A stretch of 64,000 bases of DNA from Eledone cirrhosa (taxonomy: Eukaryota). Shown one piece after another: positions 1-14,791 of this stretch (position 1 is the stretch's first letter; every line of letters starts with the position of its first letter). The notes beneath the pieces are model-generated. The model made no database searches. It saw nothing but the letters and a program-made list of their open reading frames with translations, and was not told the origin of the DNA. The position numbers were made by a program, and so were the translations under genes. The stretch is taken from positions 24,366,001-24,430,000 of the forward strand of contig OZ024760.1 of assembly GCA_964016885.1 (NCBI GenBank), in the 5' to 3' direction.

Positions 1-475
1 TATAAATTCTTAAATTTATAAATTTAATTTATAATGAATTGGTGTGAAAGCAACTGGTGCGTGTGTTTCTTATTGGCAACATGACCCTCCCAAAGCCTAA
101 CAATATGTATATATATATGAAAATATATATATATATATGTGTATATATATTGAAAAGTGAGGTTTTTTTTACAAAATGAAAAATATCCAAGGTGTCCTAC
201 AGGAGTGAAAGTATAACGAAGAAAGATGTAATCGAAAATGTAACTGGAGTCTTATTTAAAAAAAATATATATCTATTTGGTTCCTTTATCAGTTTCGCAG
301 TTCTTCTGCTTTTCAAAAGTAGAGTTGAGATGGAAGGTTTGTGCTTTTTCTCACATCTGTATATATATATATATTGAGCATATGTTGGTTGTTTACCGAC
401 ACCTCAGTATGCAGATTGGAGTACTCGACGAAGTACGCAGGGTCGTTTGTTTAGTCTGGAGTAATGTAAAATAAT

Positions 476-669
476 TGTTTCTACTTTAGGCACAAGGCCA
501 GCAATTACCCAGTGCTTTACTGGTACTTTATTTTATCGACCCCGTAAGGTTGAAAGGCAAAGTCAACCTCGGTGGGATTTGAACTAAGATCGTAAAGGGA
601 CGTAACTATGCTGGAAAGCATGGCGTCCGACCCTCTACCGATACTGCCAATCCACCGTAATGCCAATCC
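476..669 (-). mobile_element. tRNA-derived SINE (family A) with 18-bp target-site duplication
   Basis: The minus strand has an A-box-like TGGCAGTATCGGTAG, a B-box-like AGTTCAAATCCC, the core GCCTTTCA..CTTACGGGGTCGATAAAATAAAGTACCAG and a 3' end GTAGAAACAATTAT. Flanking direct repeat GGAGTAATGTAAAATAAT at 458-475 and 670-687. Confidence 0.85.
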
Positions 670-900
670 GGAGTAATGTAAAATAATAAAGTGAAATATG
701 TAAAATTTGGCTTAGTTTATTATAAATTATAGATATACTGCTATATATATTTCGGTGACAGCCGTAATATGTTTAAAAGGTGCGTTGAAATGTCCAAGAC
801 CCCAACAGACAACTGATGAGAGAAAATTTTCTGCCATTCTTGCACTCCTCTTTTTATAAGTGCACCTTATCCAGCAACTAACTACACATCCCCTGTTTAT

Positions 901-1738
<838 letters not shown>

Positions 1739-1869
1739 GATAAATCTACCAAGAGTTTACGGTAGTGTCCAATCCGTATGAAGAACTCAATGTATTCCGG
1801 ATATCATGGAAAGAAGAGATGTAATGAAAAATCACTTTCGGTGAAAGATAAACGGTATACAGAGTCAAG

Positions 1870-2286
1870 ATAAAATATTAAACAAATAATGAATAAAACA
1901 ATGAAACAGTTCCTTATATTAAACAAAAAAAGTTCATTATTTAACGATCGTTTCTAGGATATATAAGTGTTAGAATTGGCATGCATATTCAACAGATCTA
2001 TGTACAAAATTATACAAAATTATACAAACTATCAAGATTAAATATACATACCAACACATATATACGCCGTCTTCAGAAATAATTATTTCTGAAGACGGCG
2101 TATATATGTGTTGGTATGTATATTTAATCTTGATAGTTTGTATAATTTTGTATAATTTTGTACATAGATCTGTTGAATATGCATGCCAATTCTAACACTT
2201 ATATATCCTAGAAACGATCGTTAAATAATGAACTTTTTTTGTTTAATATAAGGAACTGTTTCATTGTTTTATTCATTATTTGTTTA

Positions 2287-2295
<9 letters not shown>
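1870..2295. repeat. Perfect palindrome, 213-bp arms, no spacer (Penelope-like fold-back)
   Basis: Centre AGAAATAA|TTATTTCT at 2082/2083. The arms are reverse complements and the right arm ends in (TA)n. Confidence 0.92.
2082..2229 (+). ncRNA. Type I hammerhead ribozyme candidate with long stem II
   Basis: ATTATTT-CTGAAGA-[..TATATATGTGTTGG...CTAACACTTATATA..]-GAAAC-GATC-GTT-AAATAAT. Stem I is 7 bp and loop III is palindromic. Confidence 0.65.
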
Positions 2296-2346
<51 letters not shown>

Positions 2347-2998
2347 CCCAAACAGACCTATTATATTAAATCTTTGTTGGTTTTTTTCAATAAACAAATA
2401 TCATTATTTCTGAAGACAGCGGTGGATTGGCAGTATCGGTAGAGGGTCGGACGCCATGGTTACCAGTCAGAGTTTAGCTTTAAACTATCTCTGTTATTGT
2501 ATTAATTATATATATATGTATATATTTGAATTTGAACGTTAGGCATATAAATGTTGTTTGAATCTTAAAAACAGTCTTAACCCCGGAGACGAGAAGCTCT
2601 ATAAAACTCCACAGTACAGAACTTTATTCCGTCTCCAGTGTTAATATATGCTAAACGTTGACTATTATCATAATCAAACATCGTTGCTGGTTCTAACGTC
2701 CATAGTCAAAACATCCCATAGCTGTAAGATACAGACAGTGAAATTAGATTAGTGGGAGAAATTAGATTAGTGAGGGCAAGAGAGAGGGAGAGAGCACGGC
2801 AGAGTGAGAGAGCGCGAAGGTGAGGGAGAGAAACAGAGATATAGAGAGAGGGGAAAGAGGAAGAGATTGAGAGAATGCGATGAAAGAGAGCGAGAATAAT
2901 CAGACTGAGTCAGTGACTCGTATTTCTGGATCCGCCATTTTAAACTATTAATCTATACCAAGTTATTGAGTACTTGTTCTAGTGTTTACTTAGTCTAA

Positions 2999-3048
<50 letters not shown>

Positions 3049-3089
3049 ATATATATGTATATATATATATATATATATGTATGTATATA

Positions 3090-3144
<55 letters not shown>

Positions 3145-3155
3145 ATATGTATATA

Positions 3156-3193
<38 letters not shown>

Positions 3194-3336
3194 ATTACTA
3201 TGTGAATATACACACGCACTTAAAGATATATCATATACATGTATACGTATATCCATATCTGTATATATATATGTATATATATATATGTACACATATATAT
3301 ATGTACTTATATACATATACATTAATGTATATACAT

Positions 3337-3391
<55 letters not shown>

Positions 3392-3430
3392 TATATACAT
3401 ATACATATATATATGTATATATATATATGA

Positions 3431-3629
<199 letters not shown>

Positions 3630-4046
3630 CATACATATACATACATACGTATACTTCAAATATATATACACATATATACTTCAAAGTACTAGATGAAGTA
3701 GTAACAGACGGCTATCAAAGATGAAGACTTCAAACCTGTTTAATGTTGAGAAAATATATTTATTGAAGATATCTCTACAAACATGGTAGACAATGCTTCG
3801 ATCTGAAGAATATATCGAGATCTTTAAGTTTGATAAGATGGCCTGATTGGAACATTGTCTACATTCTGCGGGAAAATTTATTTAACACAGACACTCACAC
3901 ACGCTGGCGCTCGCACACACACACACACACTCTTGTACATATATATATGTATAATGATAGATGGATATATGCATACATATACAAAAAACACACATATACA
4001 TCTTTTATACACACCCACACACACACACATTTATATATATATATAA

Positions 4047-4101
<55 letters not shown>

Positions 4102-4204
4102 TAAAAAAGGAACGATCGACTTTCGTCAAATCGGACCGAGGGAACAATGTTTCCGTTGGTCTTTCCAATTGCTAATACTATATATCGGTCGCAACTCCAG
4201 GTAG

Positions 4205-4327
4205 AAGGAGCAACGTGAAATAAAGTGTCTTGCTCAAGGACATAACGCATCACCTGGTCCAGGAATCGAACTCACAACCTTACGATTGCGAATCCAATTC
4301 TCTAACCACTCAGCCACACGCCTTCAC
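4205..4327 (-). mobile_element. tRNA-derived SINE head (family B, V-SINE-like)
   Basis: Minus strand has A-box TGGCTGAGTGGTTAG and B-box GAGTTCGATTCCT, followed by CCTTGAGCAAGACACTT. Confidence 0.65.
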
Positions 4328-4367
4328 AGAGAGAGGTAAAGATATATATATATATATGTATAAATGT

Positions 4368-5512
4368 ATAAATATACATATATATATATGATGGCTGCCC
4401 ACATAAATATACATATATATATATGAGGGCTGCCCACATAAATATACATATATATATATATGATGGCTGCCCACATAAATATACATATATATATATTATG
4501 ATGGCTGCCCACATAAATATACATATATATATATATGATGGCTGCCCACATAAATATATATATATATATGATGGCTGCCCACATAAATATACATATATAT
4601 ATATGATGGCTGCCCACATAAATATACATATATATATATGATGGCTGCCCACATTACATAAATATACACATATATATATGATGGCTGCCCACATAAATAT
4701 ACATATATATATATGATGGCTGCCCACAAAAATATGCATATATATATATATGATGGCTGCCCACATAAATATACATATATATATATGATGGCTCCCCACA
4801 TTACATAAATATACATATATATATATGATGGCTGCCCACATAAATATACATATATATATATATGATGGTTGCCCACATAAATATACATATATATATTATG
4901 ATGGCTGCCCACATAAATATACATATATATATATATGATGGTTGCCCACATAAATATACATATATATATATATGATGGCTGCCCACATAAATATACATAT
5001 ATATATATGATGGTTGCCGACATAAATATACATATATATATATGATGGCTGCCCACATAAATATACATATATATATATGATGGCTGCCCACATAAATATA
5101 CATATATATATATGATGGTTGCCCACATAAATATACATATATATATATATGATGGCTGCCCACATAAATATACATACATATATATGATGGTTGCCGACAT
5201 AAATATACATATATATATATGATGGCTGCCCACATAAATATACATATATATATATGATGGTTGCCCACATAAATATACATATATATATATGATGGTTGTC
5301 CACATAAATATACATATATATATATATGATGGCTGCCCACATAAATATACATACATATATATGATGGTTGCCGACATAAATATACATATATATATATGAT
5401 GGCTGCCCACATAAATATACATATATATATATGATGGTTGCCCACATAAATATACATATATATATATGATGGCTGCCCACATAAATATACATATATATAT
5501 ATGATGGCTGCC
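4368..5512. repeat. Minisatellite, ~34-39 bp unit GATGGCTGCCCACATAAATATAC(AT)n, ~30 copies
   Basis: Directly visible tandem unit with a variable-length TA spacer. Confidence 0.95.
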
Positions 5513-5790
5513 TTTGCGCGATATGACATTATTAATACACCTTTCAAGCGATTAGCAGCCTCTAGACTCACCTGATCAATGAAACAATTGTCAATACCTG
5601 AAATAAGGCCCCTTGTTGTACAGCCAACCATGTTACTCTGCATTCTTTCACTTTTATTACTCCAAGTATAACCTACATAAGAATCACCGCGAACTCGCTG
5701 CCTAACTATGGAAACATCTTGTTCAGTTAAACAAAGCCGTACGTTAAACCTCTAACTGGATTACATATAACGATAACTTGTTATCCCATA
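5513..5790 (+). mobile_element. Penelope-like pLTR fragment (family shared with 53343-53830 and 58605-58763)
   Basis: Shares GCGATTAGC..CACCTG..TCAA.GAAACAATTGTC..CAGCCAACCATGTTA..GATAACTTGTTATCCCA with the 53.5-kb element and ends in (TA)n. Confidence 0.6.
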
Positions 5791-5906
5791 TATATATATA
5801 CAACACTAAATAGTTGTTCCGAAGAATCCAAACCTCGGCTTGAAGGAAACAATTGTAAGCAAATAAATGATTTAAACTGAACTTTGATTATTGTAATCTC
5901 TCTCTC

Positions 5907-5939
<33 letters not shown>

Positions 5940-5940
5940 C

Positions 5941-6104
<164 letters not shown>

Positions 6105-6175
6105 GGTAAACAGAAATAACAACACAATCGGTACAGTATATGGAAGGGATATATATATATATAACATGTTAATAA

Positions 6176-6213
<38 letters not shown>

Positions 6214-6449
6214 AACGGAAAAAATGAAACGAAATCTCACCTCCCACACTTAGCACGGTTGTTACTTAAATATAAGTATGTATACGTTCATACATATATG
6301 CACACAGACGTACAGTAGTATGTATATATATATACATACATGCACACATATATATATGCACGTACGGATATATATGGGCTACTCAGCCGTTAATATGCAT
6401 AAGGAAAGTATATACTTTCGGACGTTCAACAATCTGGCAGGGTGGTATA

Positions 6450-6490
6450 CGTTGCTGACGATAGCTAACAAGCTTGAAACTAGTACAGCG
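6450..6490 (+). ncRNA. Minimal type I hammerhead ribozyme in an interspersed element (6377-6612)
   Basis: CGTTG-CTGACGA-T-AGCT-AACA-AGCT-T-GAAA-CTAG-TA-CAGCG. Confidence 0.7.
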
Positions 6491-6630
6491 TTCCTTTGTC
6501 AGTGGTGAACAAACGAGCAACGGTGGTTGCTGGACACTGCGGCTTAATACGGGATGTTTGTTTACAAACACACCGAGCATTATAATGGGTGTTTGGTGAA
6601 TCCGTACGTGCATATATATATGTGTGCATG

Positions 6631-6701
<71 letters not shown>

Positions 6702-7161
6702 GTTATTCCGGGTTGAATCGGAGGTAACCACAGTAAGTAAGGTACTCAATACATAGCAGAGTATAACAGTTTTAATATAGATGAGATTCTACAGGACTAG
6801 AACTGTTTCATTCATTAGAAATCATCAGGAATCTGGGTATCAAAAAATAAATATGGTATTTATAGGTCTCTACAAGTGGTAGGAGAGGGTGGGGAGTGGG
6901 ATGGGTGCAGGTCATTGGTTGATAGAGAAGGGAATTCATTAAAAGCTAATTCTACATAGCTATAGTTAATTTATATTTATTTATGTTTTTAGAGTAACAA
7001 AGGCAGACAGAATTATATATATATACTACTGTGCATCTGTATACATATATATATGTGTGCATGTATGTATATATATATATACATACTACTGTGCGTCTGT
7101 GTGCATATATGTATGTACGTGTACATACTTATATATATATATATATATATTAAAGAAATGT

Positions 7162-7657
7162 TAATAATTGTTTCTACTTTAGGCACAAGGTAATAATTGT
7201 TTCTACTTTAGGCACAAGGTAATAATTGTTTATACTTTAGGCACAAGGTATTATCTTCGTTTTTTTCTTTCATTGCCAGAGAACGTCTCTATGAACCACC
7301 TAAGAGAATATTTGTGTCTACTTTAGGCACAAGGCCAGCAATTATCCCAGTACATTACTGGTACTTTATTTTATCGACGCCGTAAGGATGAAAGGCAAAG
7401 TTAACCTCGGCGGGATTTGAACTCAGATCGTAAAGGGACGTAACTATGTCCGACCCTCTACCGATACTGCCAAAATAATGGTTTGTGGTGTAGGCACAAG
7501 GCCAACAATATTTTGGGAAAGGGAAAAATCATTGAAATCGATCCCAGTGCATTACTGGTACTTTACCGTATCAACTCCGTAAGGATGAAAAGCAAAGCTA
7601 AACTCGACTGAATTTGAAATCAGAACGCAAAGGGTCGTAACTCTATGCTGCAAAGCA
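7162..7657 (-). mobile_element. Cluster of SINE family A copies, including a triple 29-bp tandem of the SINE 3' end
   Basis: TAATAATTGTTTCTACTTTAGGCACAAGG occurs three times, followed by two SINE bodies. Confidence 0.8.
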
Positions 7658-7916
7658 AATAGTAATAACAACAGGTACAGTAACCAATGAAACAAGAACA
7701 CTTAGCCGCAACATCAACAGCATTAATGTCGTCAATAAAAAGACGCTAACAACATTAACAACAATAACAACACTAACAACATTAACAACAACAACAACAC
7801 TAACGACATTAACAACAATAACAACAATAACAGCACTGACAAGACTAACAACAACAATGACATACTCTTAATACATAGGATACGACAACTAAAATCAAAA
7901 TACGAACACATGCCTA

Positions 7917-7978
<62 letters not shown>

Positions 7979-8022
7979 TGTATATCATCATCATCATCTT
8001 CGTTTAACATCCAATTTCCACG

Positions 8023-8058
<36 letters not shown>

Positions 8059-8108
8059 TACATATATATATATACTTTCATGCTTATATATATATATATA
8101 CTTTCATG

Positions 8109-8214
<106 letters not shown>

Positions 8215-8215
8215 T

Positions 8216-8272
<57 letters not shown>

Positions 8273-8395
8273 TACATATATATATTTATACTTTCATGCT
8301 TATATATATATATATATATATATATATTCATATATATATATATATATATACAAATATACACACAAACATATATATAAAATACGAACGACTGCCTA

Positions 8396-8487
<92 letters not shown>

Positions 8488-8489
8488 TT

Positions 8490-8521
<32 letters not shown>

Positions 8522-8642
8522 CAAATATATATATGTATACATATGCATACATCTATCTATCTATATATATATACATATGTATACATATATATAGATGTAT
8601 ATATTATATATATATACACATACATATATGCATACATTTTAC

Positions 8643-8736
<94 letters not shown>

Positions 8737-8966
8737 TATACACACAGGTATACCTGAATAAACTCTATAGGATTTGATAGGTCACGTTCCAATGTTTAAA
8801 TAGCATGCATAAATTTGCATATATTTTATTGGAAGAAAAAGTAATAAAGAAGTTGAAAGGCGTAAAAAAATTCTCCATTGAAATAAGAATAAAACATACA
8901 TAAAAAAAGAAAATTAAAATAAATGTAAATAACGATAGTAACAATGATGATGATGATAGTAATAAC

Positions 8967-9020
<54 letters not shown>

Positions 9021-9099
9021 TGTTTCTACTTTAGGCACAAGGCCAGCAATACCCAGTACATTACTGGTACTTTATTTCATCCGTAAGGATGAAAGGCAA

Positions 9100-9152
<53 letters not shown>

Positions 9153-9155
<3 letters not shown>

Positions 9156-11512
9156 TTTGGACAGCTTGAGGGCAAAGAAAGAGGCAACGACTTGATCCCT
9201 GGGGCGGAGCAAACTAAAACATTCTGGAGAGGAATATGGGAGCAGGATGTTAGACACAATGCCCAGGCAGGGTGGATTGAGACAGTACAGAGGGAGATCG
9301 GTGAGCAGGCACAGCAACAGACTGATTTGAGTATCACAGTTGAAACTCTTAAGGGGCAGGCCAAAAAACTAACCAACTGGAAATCACCAGGCCCAGATGG
9401 TGTGCAGGGGTATTGGATTAAACATCTAACATCCCTCCACCCGAAGCTGACGGCCATGTTCAATGACTGCTTGGTGTCGGGTGAGGTGCCAGAGTGGTTG
9501 ACAAAAGGTACCACAGTTCTGATAATGAAAGACCGAATCAAGGGTAATGATGCTACCAACTATAGACCTATCACATGTCTGCCCGTAATGTGGAAACTGT
9601 TGACGAGCATTGTGTCTGAGGAAATCTGCCATCACCTCCACACAAACAACTTGTTACCGGACGAACAGAAAGGATGCCGAAAGAAGTCACGTGGTACAAA
9701 GGACCAGTTGCTTATTGATAAGATGGTAATGGGGAATTGCAGGAGGAGACACACTGATCTTGCCATGGGATGGATAGACTACAGAAAGGCATTTGACATG
9801 GTGCCTCATTCCTGGATCACCAAAAGCCTGGAGATCTTCAGGGTGGCAGATAACATCAGACAGTTGCTGGGCAGGAGTATGGGGTCCTGGGAGACAGAGT
9901 TGACATCAACTGGAGTATCCTTGGGAAGCTTGAAGATCAAGAGAGGTATCTTCCAGGGAGATAGCCTGTCCCCTCTGTTGTTTGTCCTTGCCCTGATGCC
10001 CTTGACCATTATGCTGCGAAAAGTGAGAGCAGGATACAAGTTGGGAAGGGGAGAGCTTACCATCAATCACCTCCTCTTCATGGACGATCTTAAGCTCTTC
10101 GGGAAAAGTGAGAAGGAGTTGGATGTGCTTGTTGACACTGTCCGTATTTTCAGCAGTGATATATGTATGCAGTTTGGTATTGGTAAATGTGGAGTCATTG
10201 TGATGAAGAGGGGTAGGTTGAGCATAAGTAACGGGATCCAGATACCAACAGGTGAGATGATAAAGGAAATTGACTCTGATGAAGGATACAAGTATTTGGG
10301 CGTGCTGGAGGCTAATGGCATAAAGAACAAAAAAATGAAGGAATTGTTAAGAACTGAATACATTCGGAGAGTAAGGAGCGTATTGAAGTCACATCTGAAC
10401 AGCAGAAATGCCATAAGCGCAGTAAATTCCCGAGCTGTGTCTATTATTAGGTACAGTGCGGGAATTCTGAGATGGAATGTTGCTGAACAGAAAGAAATGG
10501 ATAGGAAGACTAGGAAGCTATTGACTATCTACAACATGTTCCACAAGAGGAGTGATGTCGATAGACTCTACCTAAGGAGATCTGAGGGTGGAAGAGGTCT
10601 TATCAGCATAGAGGAATGTGTTCAGATGGAGAAAAACAACCTATACAAATACGTGACCTATAGTAAGGAGCCAATGCTCAGAGCTGTACTGAAGGAGGGG
10701 ACAGTAGGCCAGGGGATATCCAAGGAGGAAATAACATCAAGGAGGAAGAGCAGCCTTAAGGGAAAATCCCTTCATAGTACCTTCTTTGAGAAAACTGAAT
10801 TTAGAGATCCACAGACATGGAACTGGTTGAGAAGAGGAGACCTCAAAAAGGCTACAGAAGGAATGTTAATGGCTGCGCAGGAGCAGGCCCTCAAAACGAA
10901 GTGGTTGAAGCACCATATCTACAAGGAGGAGGCTAGCCCACTGTGCAGGATCTGTGGAGAGAGGAGACTGTGGCTCACATTGTGTCCGAGTGTAAACACC
11001 TAGCCCAGACCCACTATAAGGGCTGGAGACACGATGTGATGGGCAGGGTGATCCACTGGCACCTGTGCAAAGTAAACAATCTACCACATTCTGAGAAATG
11101 GTATGAGCATAGGCCAGAGGCGGTGATGGAGAACAGTCAGGTGAAGGTGCTGTGGGATTTTAGGATACAGACGGACAAAAAACTGGAACACAATAGACCT
11201 GACCTGGTGGTTGTGGACAAAGAAAAAAGATCGTGCCTGATTGTGGATGTGGCCTGCCCGTTCGACACGAGAGTGCAAGAGAAGGAGAGGGAGAAAATTA
11301 ACCGATACCAGGACCTAAAGTGGGAGGTGAAAAGGATTTGGAACTGCCATGAAGTCAAAGTGATCCCGATTGTCATAGGCGCACTGGGGACTATCTCCAA
11401 AGGTTTCCAGGGATGGTTAAAGAAAATCGGCCCCTTCACGCTTTTTGGAACGCTTCAAAAGGCATGCTTGCTTGGAACAGCAAGAACCCTCCGATACGTC
11501 CTGAATATCTGA
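9153..11512 (+). pseudogene. Reverse transcriptase / zinc knuckle / RLE polyprotein with one frameshift near 10960
   Basis: RT motifs WKSPGPDG, NYRPITCL, WIDYRKAFD, RGIFQGDSLSPLLF, HLLFMDDLK and YKYLG. CRIC..ETVAHIVSEC spans the frameshift. RLE motifs RHD, RPDLVVVD and IVDVACPFD..K..RY. Confidence 0.9.
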
Positions 11513-11587
11513 GGCTGCAGGTAGTGGCTTGATATTCAATCCAACGGACTTTCCAGTTAACCAACATCAATGACTGAGATTCAAGGA
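9153..11587 (+). mobile_element. R4/Dong-clade non-LTR retrotransposon, 5'-truncated, flanked by (TAA)n
   Basis: Contains RT, CCHC and restriction-like endonuclease domains, a short 3' UTR and a (TAA)n tail. Dong elements are known to target (TAA)n. Confidence 0.9.
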
Positions 11588-11598
11588 ATAACAATAAC

Positions 11599-11649
<51 letters not shown>

Positions 11650-12025
11650 TTGTGGACAAAAAAAAAGATCGTGTCTGATTGTGGATGTGGCCTGCCCGTT
11701 CGACACGAGAGTGCAAGAGAAGGAGAGGGAGAAAATTAACCGATACCAGGACCTAAAGTGGGAGGTGAAAAGGATTTGGAACTGCCATGAAGTCAAAGTG
11801 ATCCCGATTGTCATAGGCGCACTGGGGACTATCTCCAAAAGTTTCCAGGGATGGTTAAAGAAAATCGGCCCCTTCACGCTTTTTGGAACGCTTCAAAAGG
11901 CATGCTTGCTTGGAACAGCAAGAACCCTCCGATACGTCCTGAATATCTGAGGCTGCAGGTAGTGGCTTGATATTCAATCCAACGGACTTTCCAGTTAACC
12001 AACATCAATGACTGAGATTCAAGGA
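11650..12025 (+). mobile_element. 5'-truncated copy 2 of the Dong-like element (RLE end + 3' UTR)
   Basis: Near-identical to 11212-11587 and bounded by (TAA)n. Confidence 0.9.
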
Positions 12026-12033
12026 ATAACAAC

Positions 12034-12074
<41 letters not shown>

Positions 12075-12084
12075 GAAGAAGAAG

Positions 12085-12492
12085 AAACTGGAACACAATA
12101 GATCTGACCTGGTGGTTGTGGACAAAGAAAAAAGATCGTGTCTGATTGTGGATGTGGCCTCCCCATTCGAAACGAGAGTGCAAGAGAAGGAGGGGGAGAA
12201 AATTAACCGATACCAGCACTTAAAGTGGGAGGTAAAAAGGATTTGGAACTGCCATGAAGTCAAAGTGATCCCGATTGTCATAGGCGCACTAGGTACTATC
12301 TCCAAAAGTTTCCAGGGATGGTTAAAGAAAATCGGCCCCTTCACGCTTTTTGGAACGCTTCAAAAGGCATGCTTGCTTGGAACAGCAAGAACCCTCCGAT
12401 ACGTCCTGAATATCTGAGGCTGCAGGTAGTGGCTTGATATTCATTCCAACGGACTTTCCAGTTAACTAACATCAATGACTGAGACTCAAGGA
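12085..12492 (+). mobile_element. 5'-truncated copy 3 of the Dong-like element
   Basis: Same 3' end, a different truncation point and several substitutions. Confidence 0.9.
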
Positions 12493-12514
12493 ATAATAAT
12501 AATAATAATAATAA

Positions 12515-12862
12515 TGTGGATGTGGCCTCCCCATTCGACACGAGAGTGCAAGAGAAGGAGAGGGAGAACAATTAATCGATACCAGGACTTAAAGTGGGAG
12601 GTAAAAAGGATTTGGAACTGCCATGAAGTCAAAGTGATCCCGATTGTCATAGGCGCACTAGGTACTATCTCAAAAAGTTTCCAGGGATGGTTAAAGAAAA
12701 TTAGTCCAGCCTCGCTTTTTGGAACACTTCAAAAGGCATGCTTGCTGGGAACAGCAAGAACCCTCCGAAACGTCCTGAATATCTGAGGCTGCAGGTAGCG
12801 GTTTGATATTCATTTCAACAAACTTTCCAGTTAATTAACATCAATGACTGAGACTCAAAGAA
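12515..12862 (+). mobile_element. 5'-truncated copy 4 of the Dong-like element (most diverged)
   Basis: Same 3' end. Encodes KKISPASLFG instead of KKIGPFTLFG. Confidence 0.88.
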
Positions 12863-12863
12863 C

Positions 12864-12912
<49 letters not shown>

Positions 12913-12914
<2 letters not shown>

Positions 12915-14054
12915 TGCAACAATTGGATTATCCACATATCTAAGGGAATCACATGATTGGATGATCAAACTCGTTTTGAAACACGAAAGCACCAAAAGAT
13001 CATATTCCATTACAAAAGATGCACAAAGATACAGTAATGGACTACAAATTTCAGAAGTCCCATTTACTGCTGAAATGGAAAACACAGAAAAAGCAAAGCA
13101 GGTAAAAGTAACTGCAAAGAAAGAACTGCTACAGAAACTGGCTAAGAAATGGCAAGAAAAGCCTCTGTATGGAAAATACCCAGAGCGAGCTAACAATCCT
13201 GATGTTGACAAAACTTTAACCCATCAGTGGTTGGCATCCTCTGGACTGAAATCGGAGACTGAAGGACTGATTATATCCGCACAAGATCAGTGTCTGCCAA
13301 CAAAAAATTACCAAGCCAACATAATAAAAAATGGGTGCAGCCCATTATGCCGTGTATGCAAAAAACAACCAGAGACCATTGACCATATAATTTCAATGTG
13401 CAGTCCTATAGCTCCAACCGAATACCTAAACAGGCATGACAGAGCTGCACAATACATACATTGGATAATGTGTAAGCATTTTGACCTGCCCCATCAAAAG
13501 AATTGGTGGGAGCATCAACCACCTCCCATACTTGAAAAAGATCACATCTCAATCTTGTGGAACTTTAGCATCCAAACAGACCGAAAAATAGATGCAAATA
13601 GACCTGATATAATATTGAAGGACTTTCAAAGGAGGGTATGCCTGCTAATTGATATGTCTGTTCCAATAGACAAGAATGTATCTATAAAAACATTTGAAAA
13701 ATTGAGCAAGTATAAGGACCTGGAGATAGAAATTGGAAAAATGTGGAAATTGAGAACTAAAACAATACCAGTGGTTGTAGGCGCTCTGGGAATGATACCT
13801 AAGGGGTCTAACGACTACTTATCGCAAATCCCAGGAAACCCGCGTATAGGAGAAATACAAAAGATAGTACTAATGGGAACTGCCCATATACTAAGGAAGA
13901 TCCTGTCAATATAAGTACATCACAAGTCTAAACACTAAGGATGCATGTGTGAATATGTGTGTTCTTTCTTGAACATGGCGGACCTTGTTGTCTCTTGAGG
14001 TCACTGGTTGTGACTTGGTGATAACTCGTATAAACATAAAGCAAGATAAATGCA
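12913..14054 (+). mobile_element. Second R4/Dong family, 5'-truncated (open frame to 13914)
   Basis: AQDQCL, CRVC..ETIDHIISMC, RHD, RPDIIL..LIDMSVP..K..KY and VVVGALG motifs. Different 3' UTR, with a (TAA)n tail. Confidence 0.9.
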
Positions 14055-14084
14055 AATAATAATAATAATAGTAATGGTATTAAT

Positions 14085-14662
14085 AAATAATTGTTTCTAC
14101 TTTTTGGCACAAGACCAACAATTATCCCAGTGCATTACTGGTACTTTATTTATCGACCCCGCAAGGATGAAAGGCAAAGCTAACCGTAGCGGGATTTGAA
14201 CTCAGAACGTAAAGGGCCATAACTCTATGCTGCAAAATATGGTGTCTGACACTCTACCAATACTGCCAATCCATAATAATTGTTTCTATTTTAGACACAA
14301 GGCCAGCAAATACCCAGTACATTACTGGTACTTTATTTTATCGACCCCGTAATGATGAAAGGCAAAGTTAACCTCGGCGGGATTTGAACTCAGATCATAA
14401 AGGGACGTAACTCTATGCTTCAAAGCATGGCGTCCGACTGCCAATCCATAATAATAATGATTTCTTATAGAGGAACAAGGCCAGCAATTTTGTGGGTGGG
14501 AAAAGTCGATGAAATTCACCCCAGTGCGTGACTGGTACTTTATTTTATCGACCCCCGTAAGGATGAAAGGCAAAGTTAACCTCGGCGGGATTTGAACTCA
14601 TTCCATAAAGGGCCAGAACTCTTTGCTGCAAAACATGGCGTCCGACTCTCTACCGATTCTGC
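14085..14662 (-). mobile_element. Three head-to-tail SINE family A copies
   Basis: Repeated CTGGTACTTTATTTTATCGACCCCGTAAGGATGAAAGGCAAAG core, separated by TAA tails. Confidence 0.85.
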
Positions 14663-14741
14663 CTTAATATTAATAATAATAAAAAGCAAATATTAGGTGT
14701 TTGAAGTCTAAAGATAATAAAATAAAAATTGAAAAACTGAG

Positions 14742-14745
<4 letters not shown>

Positions 14746-14791
<46 letters not shown>

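Noticed and set aside
4368-5512. CRISPR-like appearance of the 35-bp repeat, and of the 22-bp repeat at 38676-38901
   Set aside because: No unique spacers, no cas genes, and a eukaryotic context.
9077-13211. Antisense ORFs over the Dong elements
   Set aside because: These are shadow frames of the RT/RLE coding strand.
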